From Octopus sinensis (Eukaryota), in NCBI RefSeq assembly GCF_006345805.1, contig NC_043001.1, forward strand, positions 113,956,001 through 114,020,000: DNA of 64,000 nt, written 5' to 3'. The first letter of the stretch is position 1. Each line of letters opens with the position of its first letter. The position numbers and the translations under genes are program-made. Shown here one piece after another: positions 12,170 to 25,546 of the stretch. The notes under the pieces are model-generated. The model was given only the letters and a program-made list of their open reading frames with translations, did no database searches and was not told where the DNA came from.

Positions 12170-13960
12170 TCATGGTTCATTCCTACTTCATTTCAGAGGG
12201 GTATGTACTTCTGTACTATTTTTCGATTACTCTGGAGAGACGATTCAATTGGAATCTTGTCCAGGCGCTTCTAACATATTTATTAGATTTTTTCTAACAT
12301 ACCTAACTGGGACCACTTAAGGCGTAGCATTTATTTCAGTTTTTATCTCTGGAGCCTTGTATTTTAGTTTAAATTCTTCAAATTTTATATCGATTTCATT
12401 TTATCGGTTGTATAAAATTAAAAGTTAAATGTTGTACATTTGTTAGCCTATATCTGGTTCAATTGATTCCTTTCCTCTTCAGTAGAAAATACGATAAGAA
12501 ATAAATGAAATACTTACATGCGCCCATGGAAAAAAGCCGAAGCAAAAGTCATGAGTACAGACAAGAACCCCAGTTATATGTAAATATAAAATCCTTTGGC
12601 TAGCTTTAGTACACGTGTGAACTTTCTCCACCACAGCTTATAGTGGTTACCAGTCCCTATAGCGAATAGTAATAAATCTACTACTAATATAGGATGAAGT
12701 TGTTTACAGAAAAAAATTCATCAAAAAGTGGCAGCATATTAAAATACCTTTAAAGGTTAAAATTATAAACAACTTATAAACAAGCGCAAAAGAAAATTAT
12801 TTCCATGCCGATATGTTAATAACAGACTTTTAAATCGTCAATTTCCACATATATGCTCACTACAGAAATACGTTGTACTGAAATCAGGAAGCTAGTGAAC
12901 AGAATTTTTTCGTGTACTTCTGTCAAGCAGTTCAGCCAGAAGTTAGGAATCCGGTCCAGTCCCGGGGGGTTCCATTTGTGAAACTTTCTAAGCTCTTGTA
13001 TTTCTATTGCCTCCAATTTCTACTCTTCAATTTAACCCAGTCTCACTTCCTTACACACATTCTCACCTACACACACACACCCATATATATATATATATTG
13101 TTGCTCCATATTTTCTTTCAGAACTCTTCCATTTCTGCTGTCTTTCGTGGCTCTCTTAATTCTATCTTACTTTTGCCAATTTCCCTATTAAATTTCTTTG
13201 CATCCATCTTGAAAATCTTCTTTTGTCGATAAAAGGTGATGATTTTATCGTACCTACTGAGTCATTGGGCTTTCAGCAGTATTTGCTGTTACACTAGGTC
13301 CTTGGCTGCAGGGAGGTTTATAAAAACTTTGGTTTTATATTTTGCTTGATTTTTCTTGCTTGCTTCGTCTTAATTACTCCTCTTGCAAATTCGTCAACAA
13401 CTGATACATCCACCCGCAGAGATTCGATCACTTTTTGTATTGCTACCTCCTACTTAGGAGATTTATTGACATAGTTGGTCCTTTTCTGTGTCGTCTTGAT
13501 GCCTAGTTGAGAAGTTACAACTTTAGCAGTGGAACAGATGAGGTTATTCATGGTTGTTAGGCCTTTCCCATTATTTCTTAAGGTCTAAGAGCAACATTAT
13601 ATATCCTGATTGTGTTGCTTTTATGCTGTTTTAGAACATTGATAGCGATTTTCTATTGATCATGTCAGTAAACTCAGTCTTTCTGATTTCTCTCATAATA
13701 TTGTCTTTTGCTTCTATGACTTTTTTGTTATTCATCTCAAATTATGTGTCATATCTATGTTGCTCTTGAGGCAGGTCTACTTTCTCCTCTTTTCCCGCAT
13801 ATATGTTCTTCGTTATACTTTCTTCAGCTTGGGATGTACTGCTATACACAGGATTCTGTGCATCTGCTACCTTTTTCATTGGAATTGCTGCTGTTTTCAT
13901 TTGGTCAACCATGAGATATTTGTTTCCTAATTTGGTTAATTTCAACGTCAGTTAACTTTT
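12170..13960 (-). mobile_element. Decayed R4-like element (N-terminal region, RT start and RLE remnants)
   Basis: Minus-strand peptides KKIFKMDAKKFNREIGKSK..EMEEF*KKIW (13120-13230), WNPPGLDRIPNFWLNCLTEVH (12900-12980) and PDI..KYKAPEIKTE..VVPV (12300-12460) parallel family A. There are many stops and deletions. Confidence 0.6.
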
Positions 13961-14044
13961 TATTATTTAGTAATGTGTCTACGTACATTACTTAATTTAT
14001 TTACATATATATATATCTGTGTTCTTCGTTGTCATCTTCTTCTT

Positions 14045-14075
<31 letters not shown>

Positions 14076-14087
14076 TTATTATTATTA

Positions 14088-14153
<66 letters not shown>

Positions 14154-14173
14154 TATTATTATTATTACTATTA

Positions 14174-14249
<76 letters not shown>

Positions 14250-14830
14250 ATATGTTAATGTAACTAGCAGGGAAATTATCCTGAAATTTAATAAATCTAA
14301 GATTTCACAGCTCTGTAGAATATTATGCAAAAATCTTAGAATGGATTCTTAGAGATTACATGATGGTAGTTTTCCATAGGCCAGTAATGTATGCCTTAAT
14401 TCAAATGTTTAAAGGCCCTAAGGAGTCTATGTATATTGTGTTTAGTACAACAGTTAGAATAGAAGCAATTTTAAACTCTGTGACCAACAGTGTCTTTATC
14501 GATCTGGCTATGGTCCTGATATTTAGTAATTTTCTTGATTTCTTCGTTATTCACTCAATTATCGTATGGTATTGGAAATTCTATGATTATACTCTATTTA
14601 TGACTCCTTCAACGAATATAGCTGGTCTCCTTGCATCACACTCTTTAATGAGAATTCCCTTTCTTGTTTCGAAAATATTTTCCATCAATTCGAATCCACA
14701 AACTTGGCTAACATAACAACGCACACTTTTCCCGAGAGAATTGTGTCTGTGTATAATTTTATGTACCAACTCTCTCCACATTCAGTTAGGAAATATTTGG
14801 TAATTTCTTTCACTTTTTCACACACACTGC
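14250..14830 (-). mobile_element. Decayed RLE 3' fragment running into (TAA)n
   Basis: Minus-strand HRHNSLGKSVR..RRPAIFVEGVINRVIIEFPIPYDN*VNNEEIKKITKYQD matches the RHD/PD..D..K RLE pattern. The downstream end abuts the (TTA)n tract at 14075-14248. Confidence 0.6.
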
Positions 14831-16279
14831 GTTTGCACTCAGCCTGAGTTTTACCAATCTTAGATTACTGGAAAATAAATTGGCAACATTTTTAGAGTAT
14901 CTAACAAGAATGCTTTATGCCATTTCTACCGGCTCTTTATGTTCTGAGTTCAAATCTTTCTAAGGACAACTACTACTTATTCTTCGGTCTTCGGTAAAAT
15001 AAGGTACCAGGCAGTTACTGGAGTCAATGAAATCGAATAACTTCCTCTACACAAAATTGCTAGCCTTGCTTCTACATCAGTAACCATTATTGTTATTGCT
15101 GTTGTTGTTGTTTTTCTTGTTATTTTATCATTTATAGTAGTATTACTTATAATTTGAGAAAAGTAAAATCGCAACACCACATAATTGAACTGACTCAAAT
15201 TTTTCATTAAACATTCTTATCAATCTTAAAAATTTGCCATGTTTCTTCATCTCTTCTGTTACTATTTATTGGGTCTTCTTTATTTACATAGAAATTATCT
15301 AATATATACGAACGTCTGAAATCACCCAATTAATTTCGGTAGCCAACACCGATCATACCCTGTACTTGATTTCCCTATGTTCGATGTCGTATGTCTAGCA
15401 ATGATAATTTGAACTGTATTTATATGTGTATATACCAAAGTGTGTGTGTGAGTGCGCGCATATATATGGTGCGTTTGCACTATATATGGTGCGTTTGTCT
15501 GTGTGTCATTATTATCATTATTTTGATTAACATTTTTATATTAGGTGGGTTATTGGTATTGTTGTTAATAATATTTTCATTAGGGATGTTATTTTTTTCT
15601 GTGGCTAGTCTTTCTAGTTATTATTCAAATTGTTATTGCTATTGGGATTAATTTTGTTTGTATTCCGATTGCTTTGCTGTTATTTTAGGACTTGTTGATG
15701 TTATTTTAATCATTGCTCATGTTGCTATTGGGTATTGTTGGCGTTAGTACTTTCGTCTGTTGTTGTTAAAGCAATTGTTGTTGTTAGCTCCTTTGTGATG
15801 TTACTATTGCTATTAGTTTGTTTGTTGTCCTTGTTTTTGTTGATAATGTTATCAAAAACTAGGCTGAAAAGCAACAGCAACAACCACAGTAACAATAACA
15901 ATAAACACATTCAACAGTGCATACAAAACAAACTAATCACTACAGACGTAAAAGCAAAGGAAAGTAATATAACAAGAAAACGTCACACTAAATAGAATGT
16001 ACAGAATACCCACAGCAATCACAGGCATAGCAACAACAACAATAAAAAGAATATGACAAATGTATAGAGACACACAATAAGAACAATACTACCAACATCC
16101 CCGCAAACAACAAAAGCCAAAATTTACAAAACATGTAATACACACACATAGACAAATAAAATTTGCTTCAACACACGAATTCACATTATGAATCTTGCAA
16201 ACCAGATTCAAAAACGAAGTATACACACACATACATATGTATGTACGTATGTATGTATGTCTATCTATCTATCTATTTG

Positions 16280-16379
<100 letters not shown>

Positions 16380-16380
16380 C

Positions 16381-16411
<31 letters not shown>

Positions 16412-16432
16412 CTATCTATCTATCTATCTCTA

Positions 16433-16464
<32 letters not shown>

Positions 16465-16685
16465 CATATATATATGTATATACATCGACTCTATAAAACA
16501 GCCTGAACAACGCTAACAACAACATTAAGAACATCAAAACTAAGAAATAACAAGAAAATGAGGAAGGCTCATACATACGTACATACATGCACACCCCATA
16601 TATTTTAAACACGCACACAAAATATATATATGTATACGTAATTATGTGGGCATATATATACACACATATATATATATATGATATG

Positions 16686-16785
<100 letters not shown>

Positions 16786-17356
16786 CTTTATAACAAGGAA
16801 GCAAAGATAACAACATCAACAAACGAAACTAGAAACAAATAAAAAAGAACAAAAACGAAAAAATAAAACAAACATATAAGTATGTAAAAGGAGAATTGAT
16901 TTCCAAATAATCGACCTGTTATTTGTTGCTAATTTTTCTCCACGTCTTTTGAAGTAATTTCATTATTTGATTTAGTCATTTTTTTTATTGGTCTCTTATG
17001 ATTTATATTTGTTTTGTATTTGTATTTTATATTATTTTTGTAATATTCTTTTTTGCAATATTTATTTCATTTTTAAAATTATATTTGTGAGATTGCTATG
17101 ATGTTTTGCTTCTTTTTGTTTATTGATTTTCTTGTTAGGAGATTCGTTGGTAGTTTGCATGCTGCTGGTCGTGGTAATAACAACTAGATTTATATTTATT
17201 TATTTATTTATTTATTTCTATGTCTGCATGTCTGCGTATTTTTTTTTACCCCTTTCTGTCAGTTTGTATTTTATTTTCGTCCTAATTGTATTCAAACGAA
17301 AATAATTTCTGCGCTGCGACCAAACATATATAATAATAATAATAATAATAATAATG

Positions 17357-17390
<34 letters not shown>

Positions 17391-17902
17391 CAACAACAAC
17401 AATAAGAATAACAATAACAATGATGATGATGATGATGATGATGATGGTGATGATGGTGATGATGGTGATGATGATGATGATGCTGATAATGATTATGTGG
17501 AGGGTGGCGAAGATAAATGCAATAGCAAAAATAACAATGACAATATTTACTATAAAGTTGGTGTTAGTGATGGTGATGTGAAATTATGATGATGGTGTTT
17601 ATGATGTTGATCATGATCATGAGGATGATGATGATGATGATGTTAATTTAGACACTCTTTTATCATCATTACTATTATAGACATGATAATAATGACAATT
17701 GTTGTTCATATATCTTCCTTATTTTTACTATTTTTCTTCTTATAATTATTATTATTAATCGATGATACTTTTATGTTGAATTTAAAATCTAACATGGACC
17801 GATATTTAATCAATATTTTGACGCTTTTTTCCGAGTTGTTATTGATTTCTATTAAAATCTTTATAGTCATTTTTTCACATTAATATAAAACGCAGTGACA
17901 AC

Positions 17903-17992
<90 letters not shown>

Positions 17993-18021
17993 TAATAATG
18001 ATGATGATAATAATAATAATA

Positions 18022-18057
<36 letters not shown>

Positions 18058-18592
18058 GTAATAATAATAATAAGAAGAAGAAGAAGAAGAATAATAACAA
18101 CGACGATAATAATAGTAATAATAATAATGGAAGATGAAATCGAAATTTGTTGTACAGAAAAAAAAAATGATATTGTTTCGGTCTGATATTTAAAGTACAA
18201 AAAATAAAACACAAAGATATAGTACAAAAAGAAAAAAATATATTAGCTGAAAGAAATATTCTTTGTGGGTTTTAAGTTAATCAGTTAAAGGAAAACAAAT
18301 TAAGTTTGGTGGTCAAGTTCCGGGTATAAGAGGGTCACGATATTGAATTCTCATAAAATAAAGCAGGTTTAGAAACAAATAATGCTGGTTGAGAGTTCAA
18401 GTTTTTTCAATTATGAGAATGTTGTACGTTTCTGCGTCTGTAAACAACATAAAATATTAGAGGTTTGTCTTGACATATTAATCGTCATCCAAATATGTGG
18501 GGTAAAAGTTTTTACTGCAAGCAAGTGCGCAGCTCTGGGTTCAATACGACACTATGAAACTTGAACAAGTTCTTTCTGTTATGGCTGCACAC

Positions 18593-18632
<40 letters not shown>

Positions 18633-18638
<6 letters not shown>

Positions 18639-18916
18639 GAATGGAGTTGAACGACGAATTAACAAAATTCCTTTATTCTCGACATATGTTTCGAAGGCTG
18701 CATATTCCTAATTTCGAAGGAATAAGGGGTGCATTATGCCGCCTTCTCATCAGGAAAAACAAGGAACTTATGTCAGCATCAAGATGAACAAAAAGTTTTA
18801 GATGACTGCCCACACGGAACCCATCGCTATGGGCTCCGTGTGGGCAGTCATCTTTCCATTCTTTCATTTATTTGTATTAAAAAACTCCATTCTTTCATTT
18901 ATTTGTATTTAAAAAA
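18633..18916 (-). mobile_element. Short non-coding Penelope-like terminal-repeat cassette carrying the hammerhead
   Basis: Starts right after (TA)n. A 16-bp inverted repeat atgaaagaatggagtt (18633-18648) pairs with aactccattctttcat (18883-18898). It has a ~30-bp tandem duplication at the right end and a GC-rich hairpin at 18800-18853. There is no RT or GIY-YIG ORF, so the PLE assignment rests on the hammerhead type. Confidence 0.55.
18665..18769 (-). ncRNA. Type I hammerhead ribozyme, core intact (Penelope-like element / retrozyme type)
   Basis: Minus strand reads aagttccttgtttttc-CUGAUGA-gaaggc[42 nt]gccuuc-GAAA-cauaug-UC^-gagaauaaaggaauuu. All core nucleotides are present. Stem II is 6 bp and closes with G10.1-C11.1. 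Stem III is the palindrome ACAUAUGU. Stem I is 5 bp, a 2x2 internal loop, then 9 bp. Predicted cleavage falls after GUC, between 18681 and 18680. Confidence 0.85.
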
Positions 18917-19055
18917 ACACACAAATTTCCACACGAAAGCACGTGATCTCTGCCCTTGGCATGTAGCTTCAACCGTGTTTTTCTGACGTGAATTCGCTAC
19001 CCAGGTATCGGTTAACCGAATTATCCATAATAAGATAATTCATTCAACTACTCAA

Positions 19056-19094
<39 letters not shown>

Positions 19095-19099
<5 letters not shown>

Positions 19100-19458
19100 G
19101 TTTCGATCAAAGATTGGTCCACCTGATAGGATTATCCAAATCCTTTGTAAGTCAAGTTTTGTGGTAAAATGGTCCATTTGTGTAGGGACTTCTTGTTGTG
19201 TGGTATTCAGTTATAGGTGGCTTATCTGGTATTCCTTGAAGAAATTTATCTGGATTCTGTTTAAATGTAATGGGATCTTTTTACTCTTTGATCTGTTTCG
19301 GGACTATGTTAAATAGGGTAGAACCTGTTGAGGAAAAGAAAATCATGTTGCAGTGTATTTATGTATTGTTATCCCGAATTAGGCAGGGGATGTATGGCCC
19401 GTGGTCCTAGCCTTGAATGAATTTTGAAGCTAATGTTGAGGTCGTGTGGGCAATTCTG

Positions 19459-19518
<60 letters not shown>

Positions 19519-19640
19519 CTTTTCTTCCCCATCTTTGTTTGTTGAGTTTCTCTAAGATATGAGTTCTATAAATGCTCGTAACACACCTTATACTTGTAGC
19601 ATTTTCATATTCGAAAAATTCTTTCAACAATAAGCTGCCA
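19095..19640 (-). mobile_element. CR1-like LINE 3' fragment interrupted by (TA)n
   Basis: Minus-strand HILEKL..CPHDLNISFKIHSRLGPRAI..STGSTLFNIVPKQIKE*KDPITFKQNPDKFLQGIPDKPP, typical of CR1-group C-termini (..LFN..P....FK..LD.FL..IPD.P). Confidence 0.6.
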
Positions 19641-19776
19641 ATGTAATATTAGAAATCGACCAAAGTAAAGGAAGAAAGAAACTCAACCTTTTCTCATATA
19701 TATATATTTATACACACACACACACACACACACACAGATATATGCTTGCAGGCATACCTATATATATATATATAAT

Positions 19777-19809
<33 letters not shown>

Positions 19810-20498
19810 TATTATATATATATATATATTGTCATATTTATGAATATGTGTCATCTATATTACATATGCATAAAGGTATGAGTTCAAAGAGTGTGGACTG
19901 AGTAATCTTTTACAACCCTTTGGTATTAGAAATTCCAGTTTATTAAAATAAGGATTCCAATTTGGACAGATGGAATTGTGATTCTGCTCCCGTGTAGTTG
20001 TTAGCAAGGCTATAAGATTTACAACAGAAAGTGCATTCAATTCGCATAAGTGAGATTACATTGGTTTAGGACGAAAATATGAATTTCCTTCTATGTGCGA
20101 TTTTACCAGTGATATCTTATAATTGAGCGGATATTTACTGTAGGTATATGTCATTATTTGATTCTTGGGTGTATACTAAAGCCATGTCAATGTTTTTCTT
20201 TCGATATATGTGTAAGACCCGAGTCTCATTTGCCTTATTTTAGATATTGGATCTCGGTAGAAAACTATTTCCTAAGCATACCTTTAGCCATTAAATTTCC
20301 TTGAGTGTGTTCATTACGTATCTGGTGTATATTATGTTTTTTTATGTTTTGGTATTATTCCATTTTGTATAAGGTATAGGTAGAATTCCGAAAAGATGAC
20401 CTGCGTGGTGGGAATCAATGCCATACCACCTGTGTTTTTTTAATAATGACACGCCACACACACACACCACACTCAAACATATATATATATGCAACAAG

Positions 20499-20551
<53 letters not shown>

Positions 20552-20765
20552 GCCGGTGGCTTCTATGAAACCATCACGGTGGTTGAGACCAATATAAAAG
20601 AATATGTCGCCGCCAGCACCACGTGACTATACGTCGCTTGAACCAACGGTCGGAGAGCTGCTTACACCAACAGTTGGAGAGTGGCTCATACTGCTGCTAA
20701 CATAACGTCGAGAGGTTTGAGTAAGGTAACATAATTGGTGTAACTAGACATTTCCTAGACTGCTT

Positions 20766-20803
20766 CCTTCTGAGGAAGGGCCTTTGCGCTTGAAATATAA
20801 AGG
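20766..20803 (+). ncRNA. Decayed minimal hammerhead-like motif (CUGAGGA core)
   Basis: Reads cctt-CTGAGGA-a-gggc(ctttgc)gctt-GAAA-TAT-A^-aagg. Stem I cctt/aagg is intact. Stems II and III look like CpG-decayed versions of ..cGAAAcgt. It lies in a non-repetitive ~370-bp segment that starts after a (TA)n tract at about 20527. Confidence 0.4.
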
Positions 20804-21616
20804 TTTCGTAAAGCTTTCTGCAGTGACAGAAGCTAATCTATATTTGTGTGCAAACTTGGAGTTATGTATCTTTATGTGAAAAGATGTAACATACCCATTA
20901 AATAAATATAATTCCAGACTGGGACCAATAATGACGTCGATACAGTTAATAAGAACAATGAAAAGTGATATCCTGAAATATAGAAGTGATAAAGCAAAAG
21001 TTAGTTATATCAGCTTTGACTTAATTTGAGCAAATACTGTAGATTCGTGTAGTTAGTTGAAATTTGATTGAATTGCAATTCAATGGCCTCCTTTAATACT
21101 GCGTATTTGAATACTGAATAATAATCCGATAAGAATTCATTAAATGCAAAAACCAGATGACAATAACTTATCTATTTAGTTGAAAGCAGTATTAATTTAT
21201 TGTTCTGTTTTGTTTCTACATAAACGTTAAAAGTTCAGTTGTCAAACTGCCTGATTTATGCAGATTTATACGGATAATATAGATGCTGGAGTGAGAACAA
21301 TGCATATATATAAATAATATATGTTTGCAGGTTAAAATGACGTGTTTATTCAAATGTCACATTTTATGCCGTTATAGGAAAAAGAATAACAAGATGACTG
21401 CTGTATAGAAAAAAGATAAGCTAACACAAATGAAAGCATCGAAACAGTGATGAATTCTGGTTTAGAAGTAAGTTATTTCACAGATATGGATGAAGGTATA
21501 AATGTCAAATCATTTCCTAAACCATGGAAACATGAAGTTATATGAGGTCTGAATAAAAAAATATCCTTTATGTTCATACCCATATATATATATGTACATA
21601 CATGCATATATATATA

Positions 21617-21665
<49 letters not shown>

Positions 21666-22355
21666 TATATAATATATATGTGTGTGTGTGTGTATATATA
21701 ATATATATATATATATAAACATATATGTATGCATACATATATACATGCAAAATTATATATATATATATATATAATATATATATACTAGTGTAATCATATG
21801 TAAATATGTGTATGTATATGGATATGTGTACATATAAGTACATATACATGTATATATGTATGCATATATATACATATATATATATATTTGTGTGTGCGTG
21901 TGTTTGAGTGTGTGTGCGTGCGTGCGTGTGTACATATAGACTTTTTTACTAGGCGTACAATTTACAAAATTATATGGTTTCATGCGAATATCTTGAATTA
22001 GGTGGTTTATTTCCCTCTATTTATGAGTAAAAGCGTGTGGGTTAGAGGTTAGATTATTCGGCTCACGATTGCACGATCATGAGGTCGAATTCCGGCGCAG
22101 CGATGTGTCCTTCTGCACTAGTCCACTCAGCAAGCAAAAATGTGTAGTGTCTGAGTATGAAGGAGACTAGCTTTGTCACATTCTGTGTCAAGTGCATTGT
22201 ACGTTAATGTACGCGTGTCTGTGTATTGCTCAGTTACTGGCATTTGTTTCTCTTATCTATGTTTATGTATTTTTTGTATCTGCCTACTAAATTATATCTG
22301 GCTCTGTTTATTTGACACATACATACATACACATCATACATACATACTACATACA

Positions 22356-22388
<33 letters not shown>

Positions 22389-22522
22389 TATATATAATAT
22401 ATATATATATATATATATCAACAGTATTAATACGCTAACTTTTTGTTTTTGTACGTACCTGATGTGTGCGTCACACTTATTTCAAAGAAGTGGCAAAGCG
22501 AGAAGAGGAGGTCAGAGAGGAA

Positions 22523-22565
<43 letters not shown>

Positions 22566-23054
22566 AGTGACCGTGAGTGGTGACGGCGTTCGTTTTGTGT
22601 TTTTAGCAGATCGCAAGAGAAGTGGATACATTGATATATATACACATTGTTAAATCAAAAGCGGGAGAGAAGTTGGACATAAAGGAAGTGAAAGAGAAAG
22701 AGAGTAATTGAGAGAGACTGTAGATACATAAATCCAAAGAAAAGTTCATACATAGATACATAAACACAGCAAATATTGGATGTCAATTTCGCTTTCCATT
22801 GCCACACGAAGATAAAATTAACTCACAAGTGGCTGAGTACTCCACATACATACATAACATTAATGTAGTTCTCAGGGAGATGTGTGTATGTGTGTGTGTA
22901 AAAGGTTGAAAAGGAACGCACGAGTTGATATGTTGAAAAAGTCGAAAAGCTGAAACCGGTACTAAAATGTTATTCATAATAAAATTATTTTCGCATTTTC
23001 TACCATGTCTTACTTTCCTTCTATATATATATACGCACACACACACACACAAAC

Positions 23055-23087
<33 letters not shown>

Positions 23088-23464
23088 ATGTATATGCATA
23101 ATGATAATCAACTAATTAAGAAATTAGAATTAAAGTATCAAACAAACATGGAAAACCCACAATCAGTACTCCGAGTTTCCTGGCAAGATGCTGGTATGAA
23201 GTTCTTCGAGTCTAAAAACGTACACAGTTGTTACGACACCGTTCATTATCTATACGCTGAAGAAATTTCACGTAAATTTGCTACTATCAACAAATTTAAC
23301 GACAGCATTTAAATATCCAAAATGTACAACTGATCTTGACTTAATTCTTAGATATGTGCCAGCAGACATGGATGCACATACGCTGGATACACGCATGGAG
23401 CATGGATACTTAAGCTTTATAAACGTAACATTCATGCATAATTACACTTATATATATCTCCTTT

Positions 23465-23499
23465 GTTTCCGACGAAGAGCTCCGCTCGAAACGTTAAAC
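23465..23499 (+). ncRNA. Minimal hammerhead-like motif with variant core CCGACGA
   Basis: Reads gttt-CCGACGA-a-gagc(tcc)gctc-GAAA-CGT-T^-aaac. Stem I is gttt/aaac, stem II is gagc/gctc, stem III is the ACGU palindrome. It has a U4C change and an extra A after A9. It lies in a ~140-bp unit bounded by TA runs (about 23455-23598). Confidence 0.6.
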
Positions 23500-23594
23500 C
23501 CTCCTTCTTTCCTTCTTTCCTGAGCGTCCAATAATACATTATTTGTTCCACGTCCTCGCGTTGCTCTGTTTTTTTGTGTTTTTCTTGTTTGGAT

Positions 23595-23659
<65 letters not shown>

Positions 23660-24711
23660 GTATATTGTATGTGTGCTTATTTTATTGTACGAAATGCGTA
23701 AAATTACTTAAACTGTTTCTATGCTTAAAATGTGTTAAGACTTATATGTCTAAATTCCGTGAAATGAAGAGTATTATACACCGAACAACAGTGTCGCTCG
23801 TTCGGTGGAGTGTACAGGAGCGAAACCGTCGGTTTATACATCCAGCTTTTAGATATTAAATTGCAACAAAAGCAGAAACAACAACCAGTTCATACTTGTA
23901 TACATTCATAAATACGCATATATACTGACACAGACACGTATATATACATGCATATAATATAAAGCAAAATTTTTAAATGCATACAGGATTTAGTTTTTTT
24001 AAAGTGTTCACTTACATTTTAAAGTAAATTCTAATTTAAGCTATGCAGTAAAATATAGCAACTCATTGTGTTGCAGTTATTGATATTACATTATACTCTA
24101 TAATACATTATTACATTATATTGTATAATAATCCAGTGGTTTTGTCTTTAATATTTTGTATTGTCTGTTTTATAATCGTTAAATCAATAATCTGAAGAAT
24201 CTCTTTCATTAGTTAATGCATTAACTCTTTTTTTTCTCTTTTGCATCCACCTCATTTCAAGAACTCTCTCTGTCTTCCTATGTGTATATATATATTGTAT
24301 ATATATATATATATTATATATTATATATATATTATATATATATATATGTATACATATATACATATATTTTATATATATGTTTATGTATATATATGTTATA
24401 TATATATATATAATATATAATATATAGTATAATATTATATATATGTATGTATGTATATATGTATGTATGTATATATGTATGTATGTATGTATCTGTGTAT
24501 GTATATATATCTGTGTGTGTCTGTTTTGTCTGTTTTCGCGCATGCGTCGTCTAGAGGAAAGCAGAAAGTGGCAGAGTGAAATAAATAAATGCAATGAAAT
24601 ATGCACGTTGTTGACGTATAGTTGCCCACATATAAACACCTACTCAAACAGAACATACATAGAGGTACGAATACACACACGCAGATATACATAAATATAC
24701 ATACATGCATA

Positions 24712-24774
<63 letters not shown>

Positions 24775-24912
24775 ATAATAAATAATAAATACTAGGGAAT
24801 AAATCCAAATTTACAGGGAAAATCAGATTTAGGATTGAATCCAATTTTATAGTAAATATTATATTATATTATATTTCTTTGTTTGATTTGCGTAATAGTG
24901 TTTTTGTCTCTA

Positions 24913-24962
<50 letters not shown>

Positions 24963-25289
24963 ATAGTGTGTGTGTGTGTGTGTTGTGTGTGTGTGTGTGT
25001 GTTATATATAACCATGTGTGTACGCATGTATATGCATAGAGGGAGAGGGGAAGAGAGACGGACAGACACATGCAGGGAGAGATCGATTAAAAGTAACTTT
25101 GTAAACTTAGTAGAAGTCTGGATTTATATTTCTCGTAATGCTTCGTCTATATGTATACGTATACACGCATGCATAGTCCATTCTGTGCTTGTGTATGTTT
25201 GCGTATGTACAGGTAAATGTTTTGGTGTGTGGGTATATATAAATATATATATATACACATATGGAAATATACATACATTTAAATATAGG

Positions 25290-25510
25290 AAGGCGTGCTG
25301 AAAACTTTTTGCGTTTGTGTCAAAGAAAAATACAGGAGAATCAGTTAATTGTCATTTTATCCATCATGTACCCCTCTCGGATTCATCCACTTATTGTAAT
25401 GGTACTTCAATCTTTCTAAGCCCTGTAAAAGAACTGGAAAATTTAGGCTTCCAACCAGGCTTTTCGCGATACCCTCAAAGCCAGAAACTTTTCAGTACCC
25501 ACATATGTAT
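25290..25510. mobile_element. Second, inverted copy of the mariner-type MITE
   Basis: Reverse complement gggtactgaaaagtttctggctttgagggtatcgcgaaaagcctggttggaagcc..tcctgtatttttcttt aligns to 43210-43390. Confidence 0.65.
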
Positions 25511-25511
25511 G

Positions 25512-25546
<35 letters not shown>

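Noticed and set aside
15650-16150. Switch from TTG-rich to CAA-rich composition near 15855, suggesting a large palindrome
   Set aside because: The arms do not align base by base. These are two oppositely oriented decayed triplet repeats.
19095-19140. gatcGAAACatatc on the minus strand, resembling a hammerhead half
   Set aside because: No upstream CUGANGA. It is the 3' end of the CR1-like fragment.
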